Assembly (NCBI GenBank): GCA_963976765.1
Contig: CAXBME010000009.1
Location: 62,001 to 126,000, forward strand
Source: an uncultured Planctomycetaceae bacterium
GTDB taxonomy: Bacteria > Planctomycetota > Planctomycetia > Planctomycetales > Planctomycetaceae
DNA: 64,000 bases
Reading direction: 5' to 3'
Positions 1-10,096 of this stretch are shown piece after piece (within the stretch, counting starts at the first letter, position 1; each line of letters starts with the position of its first letter). The position numbers were made by a program, and so were the translations under genes. A model generated the notes under the pieces. The model made no database searches and had not been told where the DNA came from. It saw only the letters and a program-made list of their open reading frames with translations.

Positions 1-852
1 CGAAACTGCACGCTCGACATCGAAGACGGCGACGAAAAATGGCGATGGTTCCGACCGTGCCTGCTGGCAAGCATCAATCAGTGCACCGCTCCGTGCAACC
101 TGCGGATCAGCAAGGAAGACTACAAACGCGACATACGCCGTCTGCGCATGTTTCTCGACGGGAAGAAGGACCGCCTGTTTAAAGAGCTTCGTGCCGAAAT
201 GGAATTCGCATCGCAGGAACTGAAGTTCGAACGTGCCGCCAGAATTCGCGACGAGATCAAAGCACTCGAAGCCTTGAACCTCAGTGGAAGCCTCGACGAA
301 GACGTTCAGCCGGAAGTCTTTTACATCGACCCGAAGAAGGGCGTCGAAGGGTTGCGGCGAACGTTCAAGCTGCCGCACGCACCGCGCCGGATTGAGGGTG
401 TCGACATCGCTCATCTCCAGGGTGGCGAAACCGTCGCGAGCCTCGTTCAATTCATCGACGGGCTCCCGTTCAAACACGGTTATAAGCGATTCAGGATTCG
501 AACCGTGGCCGGCGTCGACGACTTCGCCTCGATTCACGAAGTCATTTCCCGCCGCTTCCGTCGGCTCAAGCAGGACGGCGAACCATTTCCGGATCTGCTT
601 TTAATCGATGGTGGCAAAGGACAGCTCAACGCGGCCATGGACGCCATGCGGGCACTGGGTGTTGATCCGCCCTTCACGCTCGGCCTGGCGAAACGCGAGG
701 AAGAAGTTTTTCTGCCGGGGATCTCCGAACCAAAAATTCTCAGCCGCCATTCATTCGGCCTGAGACTTCTGCAGTACGTCCGCGACGAAGCTCACCGCTT
801 CGCTCAGCACTACCACCATATCCTCCGCAACAAATCAACATTCGACGAATAA
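1..852 (+). CDS. uvrC: Excinuclease ABC subunit C (3' part; 5' end lies outside the window)
   Basis: Frame 1 is open from base 1 (RNCTLDI...RPCLLASINQCTAPC Cys-rich region). It contains the UVR motif LKFERAARIRD and RNase H-like motifs RIEGVDIAH, DLLLIDGGKGQL and RDEAHRFA. Confidence 0.93.
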   Translation, partial: RNCTLDIEDGDEKWRWFRPCLLASINQCTAPCNLRISKEDYKRDIRRLRMFLDGKKDRLFKELRAEMEFASQELKFERAARIRDEIKALEALNLSGSLDEDVQPEVFYIDPKKGVEGLRRTFKLPHAPRRIEGVDIAHLQGGETVASLVQFIDGLPFKHGYKRFRIRTVAGVDDFASIHEVISRRFRRLKQDGEPFPDLLLIDGGKGQLNAAMDAMRALGVDPPFTLGLAKREEEVFLPGISEPKILSRHSFGLRLLQYVRDEAHRFAQHYHHILRNKSTFDE

Positions 853-1853
853 TGGATCCCAGAATGTCAGTAATCATCGTCTCGGAAAACATCACCGGCG
901 AAGCGATGAATCGGCTGCGTGAAACTCACGAGGTCGTGTTTGAACCGGACCTCTGGCAGCACATCGATCGGCTGGCTGAGCTTCTACCAGCCGCTCGCGC
1001 GATCATCGTCCGAAACCAGACGAAGGTGACTCGTGAATTGATTTCCGCCGCTCCGAACCTGCAGATCATCGGCCGAGCCGGCGCGGGCCTCGATAACATC
1101 GATACCGACGCCGCCAGCGAAACGGGCATCGTCATCAGCTACACACCGAACGAGAATTCGATTTCCGTTGCAGAGCTGGTTCTGAGTTTCATGCTGACCG
1201 CCGTTCGTCGAATTCCCGCCGCCTGGGAAGATACGCGAAGCGGTGGCTGGAACCGGATGCAGTTTGTCGGCGGCGAGCTGTTCGGTAAGACACTCGGCAT
1301 CGTTGGTCTGGGGCGAATTGGACGTCTTGTCGCAGAGCGTGCTCGCGCATTCGGCATGACGATTATTGCTCACGATGAGTTCATCGATCCCGATTCGCCT
1401 TTCGTCGATGAACTGGGCGCTCGCCTGACCTCAATGGATGATCTGTTGACGCGAGCCGACTTCGTCTCCCTGCACGTTCCGCTGACGTCAGAAACAAGAA
1501 ACAGCTTTTCGCACGGCGCTTTTCAGAGGATGAAGTCGTCAGCCTGGTTCATGAATGCGTCCCGCGGCGAAGTCGTTGACGAAGCCGCTCTTCTTCAAGC
1601 TTTGAGCGGCAACCTGATCGCTGGTGCCGCACTCGATGTACGATCTCAAGAGCCGCCCGCAGATACGGAACTGGCAAAGCTGGAAAACGTGATTCTGACC
1701 CCGCACATCGGAGCGTTCACACATGAAGCCCAGGAACGCGTCGGCGCCGCGGTCTGCAACGACGTCGTCGCCGTCCTGGCCGGAAACTCGGCAACCAATG
1801 CTTTCAACTTTCCGACGCCACAGAGGCAGGGCGGGCACCGCCCACCAGTTTGA
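852..1853 (+). CDS. D-isomer-specific 2-hydroxyacid dehydrogenase (short SerA-like, no ACT domain)
   Basis: Motifs RAGAGLDNID, GLGRIG (Rossmann), NASRGEVVDE and TPHIGA. The start overlaps the uvrC stop (TAATG). Confidence 0.88.
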   Translation: MDPRMSVIIVSENITGEAMNRLRETHEVVFEPDLWQHIDRLAELLPAARAIIVRNQTKVTRELISAAPNLQIIGRAGAGLDNIDTDAASETGIVISYTPNENSISVAELVLSFMLTAVRRIPAAWEDTRSGGWNRMQFVGGELFGKTLGIVGLGRIGRLVAERARAFGMTIIAHDEFIDPDSPFVDELGARLTSMDDLLTRADFVSLHVPLTSETRNSFSHGAFQRMKSSAWFMNASRGEVVDEAALLQALSGNLIAGAALDVRSQEPPADTELAKLENVILTPHIGAFTHEAQERVGAAVCNDVVAVLAGNSATNAFNFPTPQRQGGHRPPV

Positions 1854-1888
1854 ATTCCTTGCTGGTGGCAATGGCCACCGTACTGCTT

Positions 1889-4309
1889 CTATTGCTCGGC
1901 CGTCGCGAGCTTCTGCTCAACATTCAGGATCTGACGTGTTGCTTTGCCGTCCTGAGCAAGTAGCCGTTTTGATTCTTTCAGCAGGAACTCCGGATCCATG
2001 AACGGTTCGTGACCGATATCCTGCCAGCGGACGAGACCGGCTTTGTCGACCAGGAATGTCCCATGCAGCGGAGCCTGTTCGAAGTCGTCGAATGCCCGCC
2101 ATGCTTTGAACACGTCCAGCTTTTCGTCGGACACAAGCGGGAACGGCATTCCACCTTTGTAATTGTCGATCGACTGCTTGAGATCCTTCTGCGAGTCTGT
2201 GCTGATGCCGATTAACTGGATACCGGCGTCAGCATACTTCTGCGCTGCCGGCGCGAATTTCTGAAGCTGCTCGGCGCAGTGCAGGCAGCCATAACCCAGA
2301 TAAAAGATCACGATTACCGGCTTGCCCTGATAACTGGTCAGTGAAAACGACTTTCCATTCGTGTCATTGAGAGTCCACCCGGCAGCGGGCATCGGTTGCC
2401 AGCGAAACGGTCCCAGTGAATCCAGCTCCGGGCGATCGCCAAAGTCATCAGGCCGCTCCTTCCTGATTCGCCAGTCCTCCGGGTAACCCAGCTCTTTCGC
2501 GATCGGCGTCAACCGACTGAAAACTGGTGAGCCGAACTGGACGTCACCCGAAATTTCCCGCAATTCGTCGAAGGTCTTGCGGGCCTCGTCCGTCTTGCCA
2601 GCCTGCCAGAGGATTTCGACCTTTCCCGCCAGTGGCTGAACGCGTTCCTCTTTCGACTTCAAGTAAGACTCCAAGGTCTTCTCAGCGTCTTTGGAATGTC
2701 CAGCCTTACTTTGAGCCACTGCCTGGACGAGTCCATCAGCAGCGGCTTCTTTCAATTGATTGACGGCGACTTCGAACTGACCATTCGTGATTGCCTGGTG
2801 TCCCTTGATTTCCGCGATGGCCTGCTTCACCGGAGTGCGAGGGTCCGATTTGCTTTTGGGTTGAGCGGGTGGTCCTTCGGGTTCTGGCGGCGGTTCCGGA
2901 ATGTGATCCTGCTCGGCTTTGAGACGTCGCTTTTCAGCCTCGGCTTTTTCCTTCTTCAACTGCTCGGCGGCCTTCTTCTTCGCCTCGGCTTCATTCTTCT
3001 GATGCTCCTTTTCCGCCGCCTTCAGACGCTCGTCGAGCTGCGACAAGACATCGTTTACTTCGTCGTCGACACTCAGTCGAGCCGCTGCGATGCCGAGATA
3101 ACGCAACCGTTTCAACTGTTCTTTGTCGACGTCAGTTTCTTCGAGATAAGGTTGTTTGCTGAGGCTCGCGAGAAGTTCCCACTGCTCGTACCGAAACAAC
3201 TCATCAAACAATCGCAGCCGTCCGTAGTACGCGCTGCCTTTCTTGTCGAACGTGTTGTAGCTCGGGTGGCGAGGCAGCTCAGTCATATTCATGGCGAGGT
3301 CGACGGCGTCTCGCCACCGACCAATGTGCCCCATGTTTCGAATCAGCCATTCATTGTTGTGAGCAAAGTTGTGAATCTGATCCGGCATGACTCGATCGCG
3401 CATCATGTGCGCGTGGTCGACCCGGGCAGACGCTTCCTGTTGCCAGACGGCGTCCGAGTAGCGTTTCTCTCGCGAGTAAATGTGCCCCGGCATGTGCCAC
3501 ATGTGAGCAATGCCCGGCGCGGCAGCTCCGCACAGCGCTGCCGAGTTCAACGCCTTCGCGGAATCTTTATAGTCCCAGAGATGAATTCGGAAATGGTGCA
3601 CCGGATGCAGCGGCTCAATCGCCAGGACTTCGTTCAGCGCGTCGTTCGCATCGTCGTACGACAGCTTGAGGTCGGTGCGGTACTTGTACATTGCGAACGC
3701 TCGCTCGGCTTTTACTTCGAGGTTGTCCGGAAACTCCTTCGCCATCTTTTCCACAGCCGCGAAGTAGGGTTTTGTTTTGTCGGCCTTCTTCTTCGACTTG
3801 TTGTTGAGGTAAGCGTTCCATGCGTCAATCATCATCCCTTCGAGCTTGCCGGCGCTGCTTTTTCGTTTCACCGCTTCTTCGATAAACGACTTTGCCCGCT
3901 TCTCGTTTTTCTCGTTGGCGCGGGCCATTCCCCAGTAAGCGATGGCGCAGTCGGGATCGAGCATCGCCGCCTGACGAAATGACCGCTCGGCTTCGAAGTA
4001 CCAGTAGCCGTAAAGCTGCCCCATTCCCTGCCGCACAAAATCGGCCGCTTCCGGGCTTGTCGTCGTCACGTCGAACTTGACCCTGCCAGTGCCTTCCATC
4101 AGGTAGGCTTTCTGCCGAGGTCCTTCGTTAAACGCTTCTCCATGAAACGAATGCCCGGCCAGGACTCCTGACTGCGATTCGTCAGCAGACGGGATCTCTG
4201 GATTCGACGGGTCGGCATCCGCAGCAAGTCCTGCTGCCGGGCGGACGAACATTCCGAAGACGATTCCGCAAACACATACACCGTTAAGTAACCAATTCAT
4301 CGACGTCAT
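1889..4309 (-). CDS. Secreted TPR-rich protein with C-terminal redoxin (AhpC/TSA) domain
   Basis: Signal-like N-terminus, TPR-like helices (EAERSFRQAAMLDPDCAIAYWG), HMWHMPGHIY motif, and a C-terminal thioredoxin fold with YLGYGCLHCAEQL (CxxC). Confidence 0.8.
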   Translation of the reverse strand: MTSMNWLLNGVCVCGIVFGMFVRPAAGLAADADPSNPEIPSADESQSGVLAGHSFHGEAFNEGPRQKAYLMEGTGRVKFDVTTTSPEAADFVRQGMGQLYGYWYFEAERSFRQAAMLDPDCAIAYWGMARANEKNEKRAKSFIEEAVKRKSSAGKLEGMMIDAWNAYLNNKSKKKADKTKPYFAAVEKMAKEFPDNLEVKAERAFAMYKYRTDLKLSYDDANDALNEVLAIEPLHPVHHFRIHLWDYKDSAKALNSAALCGAAAPGIAHMWHMPGHIYSREKRYSDAVWQQEASARVDHAHMMRDRVMPDQIHNFAHNNEWLIRNMGHIGRWRDAVDLAMNMTELPRHPSYNTFDKKGSAYYGRLRLFDELFRYEQWELLASLSKQPYLEETDVDKEQLKRLRYLGIAAARLSVDDEVNDVLSQLDERLKAAEKEHQKNEAEAKKKAAEQLKKEKAEAEKRRLKAEQDHIPEPPPEPEGPPAQPKSKSDPRTPVKQAIAEIKGHQAITNGQFEVAVNQLKEAAADGLVQAVAQSKAGHSKDAEKTLESYLKSKEERVQPLAGKVEILWQAGKTDEARKTFDELREISGDVQFGSPVFSRLTPIAKELGYPEDWRIRKERPDDFGDRPELDSLGPFRWQPMPAAGWTLNDTNGKSFSLTSYQGKPVIVIFYLGYGCLHCAEQLQKFAPAAQKYADAGIQLIGISTDSQKDLKQSIDNYKGGMPFPLVSDEKLDVFKAWRAFDDFEQAPLHGTFLVDKAGLVRWQDIGHEPFMDPEFLLKESKRLLAQDGKATRQILNVEQKLATAEQ

Positions 4310-4420
4310 TCCTGTGAGTAACCTGTCGGTGGCGATGCGAAATTCGAAGACCCGTTCAGCGCTGCGAATGAGCCGTCCGCAGGCTCAACAAGTAACGGTA
4401 CACCGTAACGATCACGAGAG

Positions 4421-7400
4421 CTACTTTCGCTGCATCAGGTACTCGACGAGGTCCAGTAGATGCTGCTTCGACATTGTCCGCTCCAGGCCGCTCGGCATAA
4501 ACGATCTGGTTAGCGGTTTTCGAACTTCAATGTCGTCAGTGAAAACTTCAACGATCCCCTTAGTCGCCGTCTGAAGGGTAACGACATCGTCAGCAGCCGC
4601 GACGATGAACCCGCTAAACACCTGCCCGTCGGACGTGACGATCATCTCTCCATGATATTTTTTATCGACGACGGCATCCGGATTGAGGATCGACTGTAGA
4701 ATCTGCAACCTGTTCAATCTTGTCGCGACTTTCGAAAGGTCCGGCCCGAAGTTCGTGCCCGTTCCGTCAACCTGGTGACATTGCACGCAGATTTTCCTGA
4801 ATACGGAACGCCCTGATGCCGCCTCACCGGGCAGCTTCACCAGTTCCTCGACAGGCGGCAGCGGGCCTTCATCCTCGTTGGGTTCCGAAACGGCCGGCTC
4901 GCCGGGAACGCCATGAATTTTCAAATCGCTGATTGACCAGCGATGATGTGAATCGGAACCAGTCTGGACAATGCGGAAGAACCGCCCGAATGTCGGCTCG
5001 AACGAGATGACGTTGATGGCTCCTTCGCCTTTGCCAGTCGCGACGGGCTGGCTCCATGTTCTACCGTCAGGTGACGACAGGATCTGATATTCGCGTGGGT
5101 AGCGATCCGGCGTTGACGAAGTCAGCACGAGCGACGTTACGGTATGTGCTTCCGGCAGATCGACCTGAAACCAGCGTCCCGGCTCGTTGGAATTATCGCA
5201 GGAGTCCGACTTTCCGTTGATCGCCCGAGCAGCCACTTCCGGGCCGCCATTGGTGTCGACTTTCCATGTTGATCGGTTCGTCAGTTCGGGCAGATTGAAT
5301 CGTGACAGTTCGTCGAGTGACCATGCACGGTATCGCCCAGCACTTGCGGACCGAATTCCTGCCACATCGTCCGGACGAATGACCGATGCCAGGTTGCCCC
5401 ACTCCTGCCGAACGTAACTCATGACAGAAGCAATCCATTCATCGTCGTTCTTATCCGATGGAGCCATGACTTCGCGGTAATCTTTGCCATCAACCGGGCC
5501 GGTCAGCCCATGCAGAATGATTCTCCCCAGAACTTCCTTCTGGCCGATGACTCGAAGCGACCCGGCGAGCGGCGGAGCTTTGGGAGGTTGACCAGGAAGC
5601 TGAACTCCTTTGCCGTCCTGCCCGTGGCAGTTGATGCAGAGTTGTGAATAAATCTGGTAGCCATTTTCGACCAGCTTCACGGCTTCGGCATCCAAAGGTC
5701 GCACGGGAGCACTTTGCCGCTTCCAGTTTGCGATGCCCAGGTTCCAGCGTCGTTGAGTATTGATGCGAACTGACGGGTCTTTGATGGTCCGAAACGCGAC
5801 GCCATTTAACATCCGTTTGATCATCGGCGTTTGCGTATCAAACAGGGCGGTCATCGCCGACAGATAGACAACTTCGTTTGTGATGTGCTTTTCGATAGTG
5901 AGGTCGATCAACTCGATCGCTGCGGGAGTCAGTTTCCAGCCGAGCGATAATATCAGCTGCCGAGCGACATTCGGATCGTCGTCTGCGGTCAGTTCCGGCA
6001 AGGCATTCCAGATACTGGAATCTTCTTTCGCGATCAGCGGCTCGCTGATCCGAATCGCGGCTTCACGAACTCGCCAGTCCGAATCCTCAAACGCACTAAC
6101 AAGCAGTTCTGCATCAGCCTGACCGAGTCCATCAAGTGTCCATAAGGCGTGAAGCCTGGCCAGAGGATTCCTGTGAGATCGCAGTTTTTCGATCAAAGCT
6201 GGCGTAACGGATGATCGATCGTCGCGAAGCAGGATCAGCTCTTGAGCCATATCGCGAACCCAGCCGTTGTCGCTGGCAAGTTGCTCGGCCAGTTCGGCGG
6301 TGGGCATCTCGAGCAATTTCAGAGGCGTTGACGGTTGGCGAGCTTCATGAACAACCCGGTAAACGCGACCGTGCTGAATGTTGAAGTTCAAACCCGTTCG
6401 GCGCATGAAAGCCTTTGCGGCATCGTTAACCCACGGCGCATCCTGAATCATTCCGCGGTACATATCGACAACGTAGAGGCACCCGTCAGGCCCGCTGTGA
6501 GTGCTGACGGGCCGAAAGTTGATATCGTCCGAAACGATGAATTCTGACTTCTCCGCTTCGTAAGCATTCGCAAAAGTGATCTTACCGTCACAACGCTCGA
6601 CCTTCGCTCGGCGTACGACGTGACCGGTCGGATCGCAAATGAAATAATCACCTCGAACGTCCTGCGGAAAAACATCGCCCCGGTAAACACTGCCGCCGGT
6701 TGCTGACGTGAAACTTTCATAAGAATGCTTCTCGCCCCGGTCACCGAAATCGCACGTCGAGTGCATCGTTAGAAAATCGGGATTGTAGTCTGAGCCGATC
6801 TCCGGTTTTCGCCATCGACCGTTTGCTTTCGACGCAATCTGAGTCCAGTAAATCGGATGCTGCTGAAAACTTTTGACCGGCTCGCTGTTGGCGTTGAAGT
6901 AGAGCCTTCCCGTGTCGTCCTGGTCGAGCCCCCACTGGTTCCAGTCGAACTCGATCGAATCGACTTCGAACTCGCCGTCGACAAAGCGGTACCGTTCACG
7001 GCCGCGACTCAGGTAGATCCAGTTGTCAATCGCCCAGAACAAGCCGCTGTCCTGATGCTCGACGCTGCGTGACGCATCAATCTTGCGGCTGCCTTCGTAG
7101 ATCAGTTTTTTTTCATCGGCCACGCCGTCTCCATCGGTGTCGCGATAGGTGTGGATGTCTGTGGAGTCGGTTTCGACAACCGCCAGGCGATCATCAAGCG
7201 GCAGCATCATGCGCGGCAGATTCAGGTTGTCGAGAAAGACAGTATGACGATCCAGCTTGCCGTCGCCGGTCGTGTCTTCGTGCCGGGAGATTCGACCGTT
7301 CTTCAGAGTCTTCGTGCCGGTCCCGTATTCATCCTGCATGTAGCTGCGCATTTCCGCGACGAACATCCGCCCGTTGCCATCCCACGCGGCCAGCACCGGT

Positions 7401-8620
7401 TCTCGAATGACGGGTTCGCTCAGCACCAGCTCCAGCCGATACCCGTCGGGCAGCTGAATTGATTCCATCGACTCAGCAGGCGTCAACAACGAATACGGAT
7501 TGCGAGCCTTCTTCATCTTCACTCGCTGAGCGACATCGGCAACAGCTTGCGGCGCCAGTGGCAGCGTCTTGTCGGCAGCGGTCCAGTGCATGTCCTCAGG
7601 ATGGACGATTGAAACGACGTCCGGAGAAGGAAACTCGACCGGTACATCGATCGTGACATCCCGACCGGCCGCCCACTGGCAGCTACGAGCCAGCAAAGTC
7701 TGAAAACCTACGCAATGCAACGAGTGTCGCATCGTTGGACCTTCTCCGCCGGTCCACCAGTAGTGCCCCATCGTGCTGGTAACGACTCGTCCTTTGCCGA
7801 ACTGAGTTGTCCAGACGACAGGCTCGTGCAGGTTGGTACCTCGCAGTTTCTCATCAGAGAAAGCAGTGGCGAGTATTTCGACTCCTTCCGCCGGTCCACG
7901 CATCGCGTGATAAAGTTCGTCTTTCCCGTGCAGCCACTCGACCGGCAGACCTTTCATAATCGGATGCTCGACCGCCCGCGTCGTTACCACAAACGGATGT
8001 CTGGAACCGTGTCCGGAATTCGGACCATCGCCGACCGGCTGCGTCACAGGCTGGCCCGTCGTCGGATCAATCGCGACGCGAATCCCCTGATGACTCTTTC
8101 GCCAGCCCAGTCCGAGCATCTGGTTGAATTCGTCCCAGTCCGGAAAGCAGTTGTTCGCAGCGTGCAGAACAATGACCCCGCCACCGCTTCGAACGAAATC
8201 GACAAAGTCCTTTTTAACTGCCGGTGGCCAGTTCGGTCCGTTGTAATTATCAACGACGACATCGTAGTCAGAAAAAGCCGGTCGCCAGTTATCCCATGCG
8301 TCTGCGATCGAAGCTTCGTACTTCTTTTCTTCTGACCGCCAGACAGCGACTGCCGCGTCGTACTCAGCCTGCTGCTGTGCAGTAGGACTGCTTAACCGTG
8401 TCGGATACGGCTTCGGGTATCGAATCGGCGATGTCGACACGTCAACCTCGCAAGCTCCCGTTTGCAGCAGCGTTTGACGAACGGAAGTCGTCGTTCCTTC
8501 CCAGGCGTGGTTGTTCCGCCCGTCGATGATGAGAACGCGAATCGGTTCTTCGCCAGATGCGCAAACGAAGCGGGAAGAAGCAAGGAGGCAACAAACAATC
8601 AAACAGAATCGACGTGTCAT
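4421..8620 (-). CDS. Multidomain PVC-type heme protein: ThuA-like, dehydrogenase-like beta-propeller, HEAT, cytochrome c, discoidin (F5/8 type C), second cytochrome c
   Basis: Likely start MTRRFCLIVCC (signal peptide). ThuA-like segment VLIIDGRNNHAW...DELYH, two CxxCH motifs (CINCH, CVQCH), discoidin-like WFQVDL...RFFRI, and the GPDLS motif. Confidence 0.82.
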   Translation of the reverse strand: MTRRFCLIVCCLLASSRFVCASGEEPIRVLIIDGRNNHAWEGTTTSVRQTLLQTGACEVDVSTSPIRYPKPYPTRLSSPTAQQQAEYDAAVAVWRSEEKKYEASIADAWDNWRPAFSDYDVVVDNYNGPNWPPAVKKDFVDFVRSGGGVIVLHAANNCFPDWDEFNQMLGLGWRKSHQGIRVAIDPTTGQPVTQPVGDGPNSGHGSRHPFVVTTRAVEHPIMKGLPVEWLHGKDELYHAMRGPAEGVEILATAFSDEKLRGTNLHEPVVWTTQFGKGRVVTSTMGHYWWTGGEGPTMRHSLHCVGFQTLLARSCQWAAGRDVTIDVPVEFPSPDVVSIVHPEDMHWTAADKTLPLAPQAVADVAQRVKMKKARNPYSLLTPAESMESIQLPDGYRLELVLSEPVIREPVLAAWDGNGRMFVAEMRSYMQDEYGTGTKTLKNGRISRHEDTTGDGKLDRHTVFLDNLNLPRMMLPLDDRLAVVETDSTDIHTYRDTDGDGVADEKKLIYEGSRKIDASRSVEHQDSGLFWAIDNWIYLSRGRERYRFVDGEFEVDSIEFDWNQWGLDQDDTGRLYFNANSEPVKSFQQHPIYWTQIASKANGRWRKPEIGSDYNPDFLTMHSTCDFGDRGEKHSYESFTSATGGSVYRGDVFPQDVRGDYFICDPTGHVVRRAKVERCDGKITFANAYEAEKSEFIVSDDINFRPVSTHSGPDGCLYVVDMYRGMIQDAPWVNDAAKAFMRRTGLNFNIQHGRVYRVVHEARQPSTPLKLLEMPTAELAEQLASDNGWVRDMAQELILLRDDRSSVTPALIEKLRSHRNPLARLHALWTLDGLGQADAELLVSAFEDSDWRVREAAIRISEPLIAKEDSSIWNALPELTADDDPNVARQLILSLGWKLTPAAIELIDLTIEKHITNEVVYLSAMTALFDTQTPMIKRMLNGVAFRTIKDPSVRINTQRRWNLGIANWKRQSAPVRPLDAEAVKLVENGYQIYSQLCINCHGQDGKGVQLPGQPPKAPPLAGSLRVIGQKEVLGRIILHGLTGPVDGKDYREVMAPSDKNDDEWIASVMSYVRQEWGNLASVIRPDDVAGIRSASAGRYRAWSLDELSRFNLPELTNRSTWKVDTNGGPEVAARAINGKSDSCDNSNEPGRWFQVDLPEAHTVTSLVLTSSTPDRYPREYQILSSPDGRTWSQPVATGKGEGAINVISFEPTFGRFFRIVQTGSDSHHRWSISDLKIHGVPGEPAVSEPNEDEGPLPPVEELVKLPGEAASGRSVFRKICVQCHQVDGTGTNFGPDLSKVATRLNRLQILQSILNPDAVVDKKYHGEMIVTSDGQVFSGFIVAAADDVVTLQTATKGIVEVFTDDIEVRKPLTRSFMPSGLERTMSKQHLLDLVEYLMQRK

Positions 8621-8669
8621 TCGAAACGTGCCCGGGTAGCAGGACAGAAAGTGCAGCGTGAATCGAGGG

Positions 8670-9953
8670 TCAGTGAAGAAGTGGCACGTGTCGTAAAGCG
8701 ACGCCGGACTTCGAAATTCCGCCCTGCATGACAGTGATAAACCGGCTACGGTCCTGCAGGATGGCAATGTCTGCAACGACATCGCCGTCGACGACCAGAA
8801 CATCCGCAAGCTTGCCGGCTTCCAGAGTACCAATCTCGTTGCTCCGCCCGAGTATTTCGGACCCGGTCTTTGTTGCGCACGTGATGACGTCGAGCGGTTT
8901 CAGTCCGACGTACTTCACAAAGAAATCCAGTTCTTTGGCGTAGTCGCCGTGCGGATTCCACGCAAAACCGTAGTCACCACCCATGCCGAGTCTTCCGCCA
9001 GCTGCAAGAATTCGCCTCGCACTTTCGGCTCCGCCTTCAAGTGTTTCCTGATGACCATCAATAACCGCCTGAGACATGCCAAATTCCGGCCCACGTTCAA
9101 TGCTCATCTGCTCGAAATACAAAGCCGGAACGACGGGCACGTCGCGTTCGAGCAGCAGGTCGAGAGTCTCATCGTCGATAAACGTTCCATGCTCCAGCGC
9201 GTCGTACCCGGCAAGCAGAGCGTTTTTGATGCCTTCGGTGGCTCGACAGTGGCCGGTTACTTTCAGTTTGTGATTGTGAGCGGTCTGCACGACCGCGTGC
9301 ATTTCTTCAAACGTCATGCACAGCGTGTGATGGTCGTTGGTGTCGGGTGCGGCGGCGTCGCCGGTGGGGTATGTCTTGACCCATTCCACGCCGTCCTTCA
9401 CCAGTTTGCGAACGGCCGCTCGAGCTTCGTCTGCCCCGCTGACCAGCAGGATTAACCCTTCCATACCGATCTTCCGGAACTCGGGGTTCCAGTCCATCAG
9501 CCCGCCAGCTCCACAGATCTCCCGACCACTGGCCGCCAGACGAGGCCCCGGTACCAGATCATTCTCAATGGCCTTCTTCAGCCAGACGTCAATGTTAAAC
9601 AGACTGCCGCCGCTGCGAGCCGACGTGTAGCCACACTCCAGCGCCAGCTTCGCGTTGCAGGCCGCGAGGATCGTGACGTACTCAACCGGGTACTTGATGT
9701 CGAGATCTTCCAGCGCCGCGACGTTGAAATATGTCGGATGAAAATGAGCCTCGACCAGCCCTGGCATGATCGTCCCACCGTTGGCATCAATCAACTTCGC
9801 CTCAGTCGGAACGTTTGGAGCGTTGGCAGCGGAACCGGCATAAGTGATGAACCCATCCTCGATCACCAGCAGCCCGTCAGAAACCGGACCCGCTCCTGTC
9901 CCATCCACAAGCTGCCCGTTTCGAATAACTGTTCTGCCGGTTGCAGTTTTCAT
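8670..9953 (-). CDS. Metal-dependent amidohydrolase (Xaa-Pro dipeptidase-like family)
   Basis: Motifs MPGLVEAHFH (HxH), VKTY, HCRATEG, EHG, GGDYG and GTLEAGKLADVLVVDGD. Confidence 0.88.
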   Translation of the reverse strand: MKTATGRTVIRNGQLVDGTGAGPVSDGLLVIEDGFITYAGSAANAPNVPTEAKLIDANGGTIMPGLVEAHFHPTYFNVAALEDLDIKYPVEYVTILAACNAKLALECGYTSARSGGSLFNIDVWLKKAIENDLVPGPRLAASGREICGAGGLMDWNPEFRKIGMEGLILLVSGADEARAAVRKLVKDGVEWVKTYPTGDAAAPDTNDHHTLCMTFEEMHAVVQTAHNHKLKVTGHCRATEGIKNALLAGYDALEHGTFIDDETLDLLLERDVPVVPALYFEQMSIERGPEFGMSQAVIDGHQETLEGGAESARRILAAGGRLGMGGDYGFAWNPHGDYAKELDFFVKYVGLKPLDVITCATKTGSEILGRSNEIGTLEAGKLADVLVVDGDVVADIAILQDRSRFITVMQGGISKSGVALRHVPLLH

Positions 9954-10096
9954 AGTGACGTCTCGAAATGATGCCAGAGTCAGCCGGGAAGCAAATTCCC
10001 CGAGACTGTCATTGGAACATCCCGGCACTCAAACGGCTACCGAGCCGTCGCCGATCGGACTCAAACGTGCAACTGACTTTCCGGCAAGACGCCAGG

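Noticed and set aside
2696..3982. Long + strand ORF (428 aa), and similar ones at 19199-20212, 27328-28725 and 29970-31037
   Set aside because: These are antisense shadows of well-supported genes in GC-rich DNA and carry no motifs.
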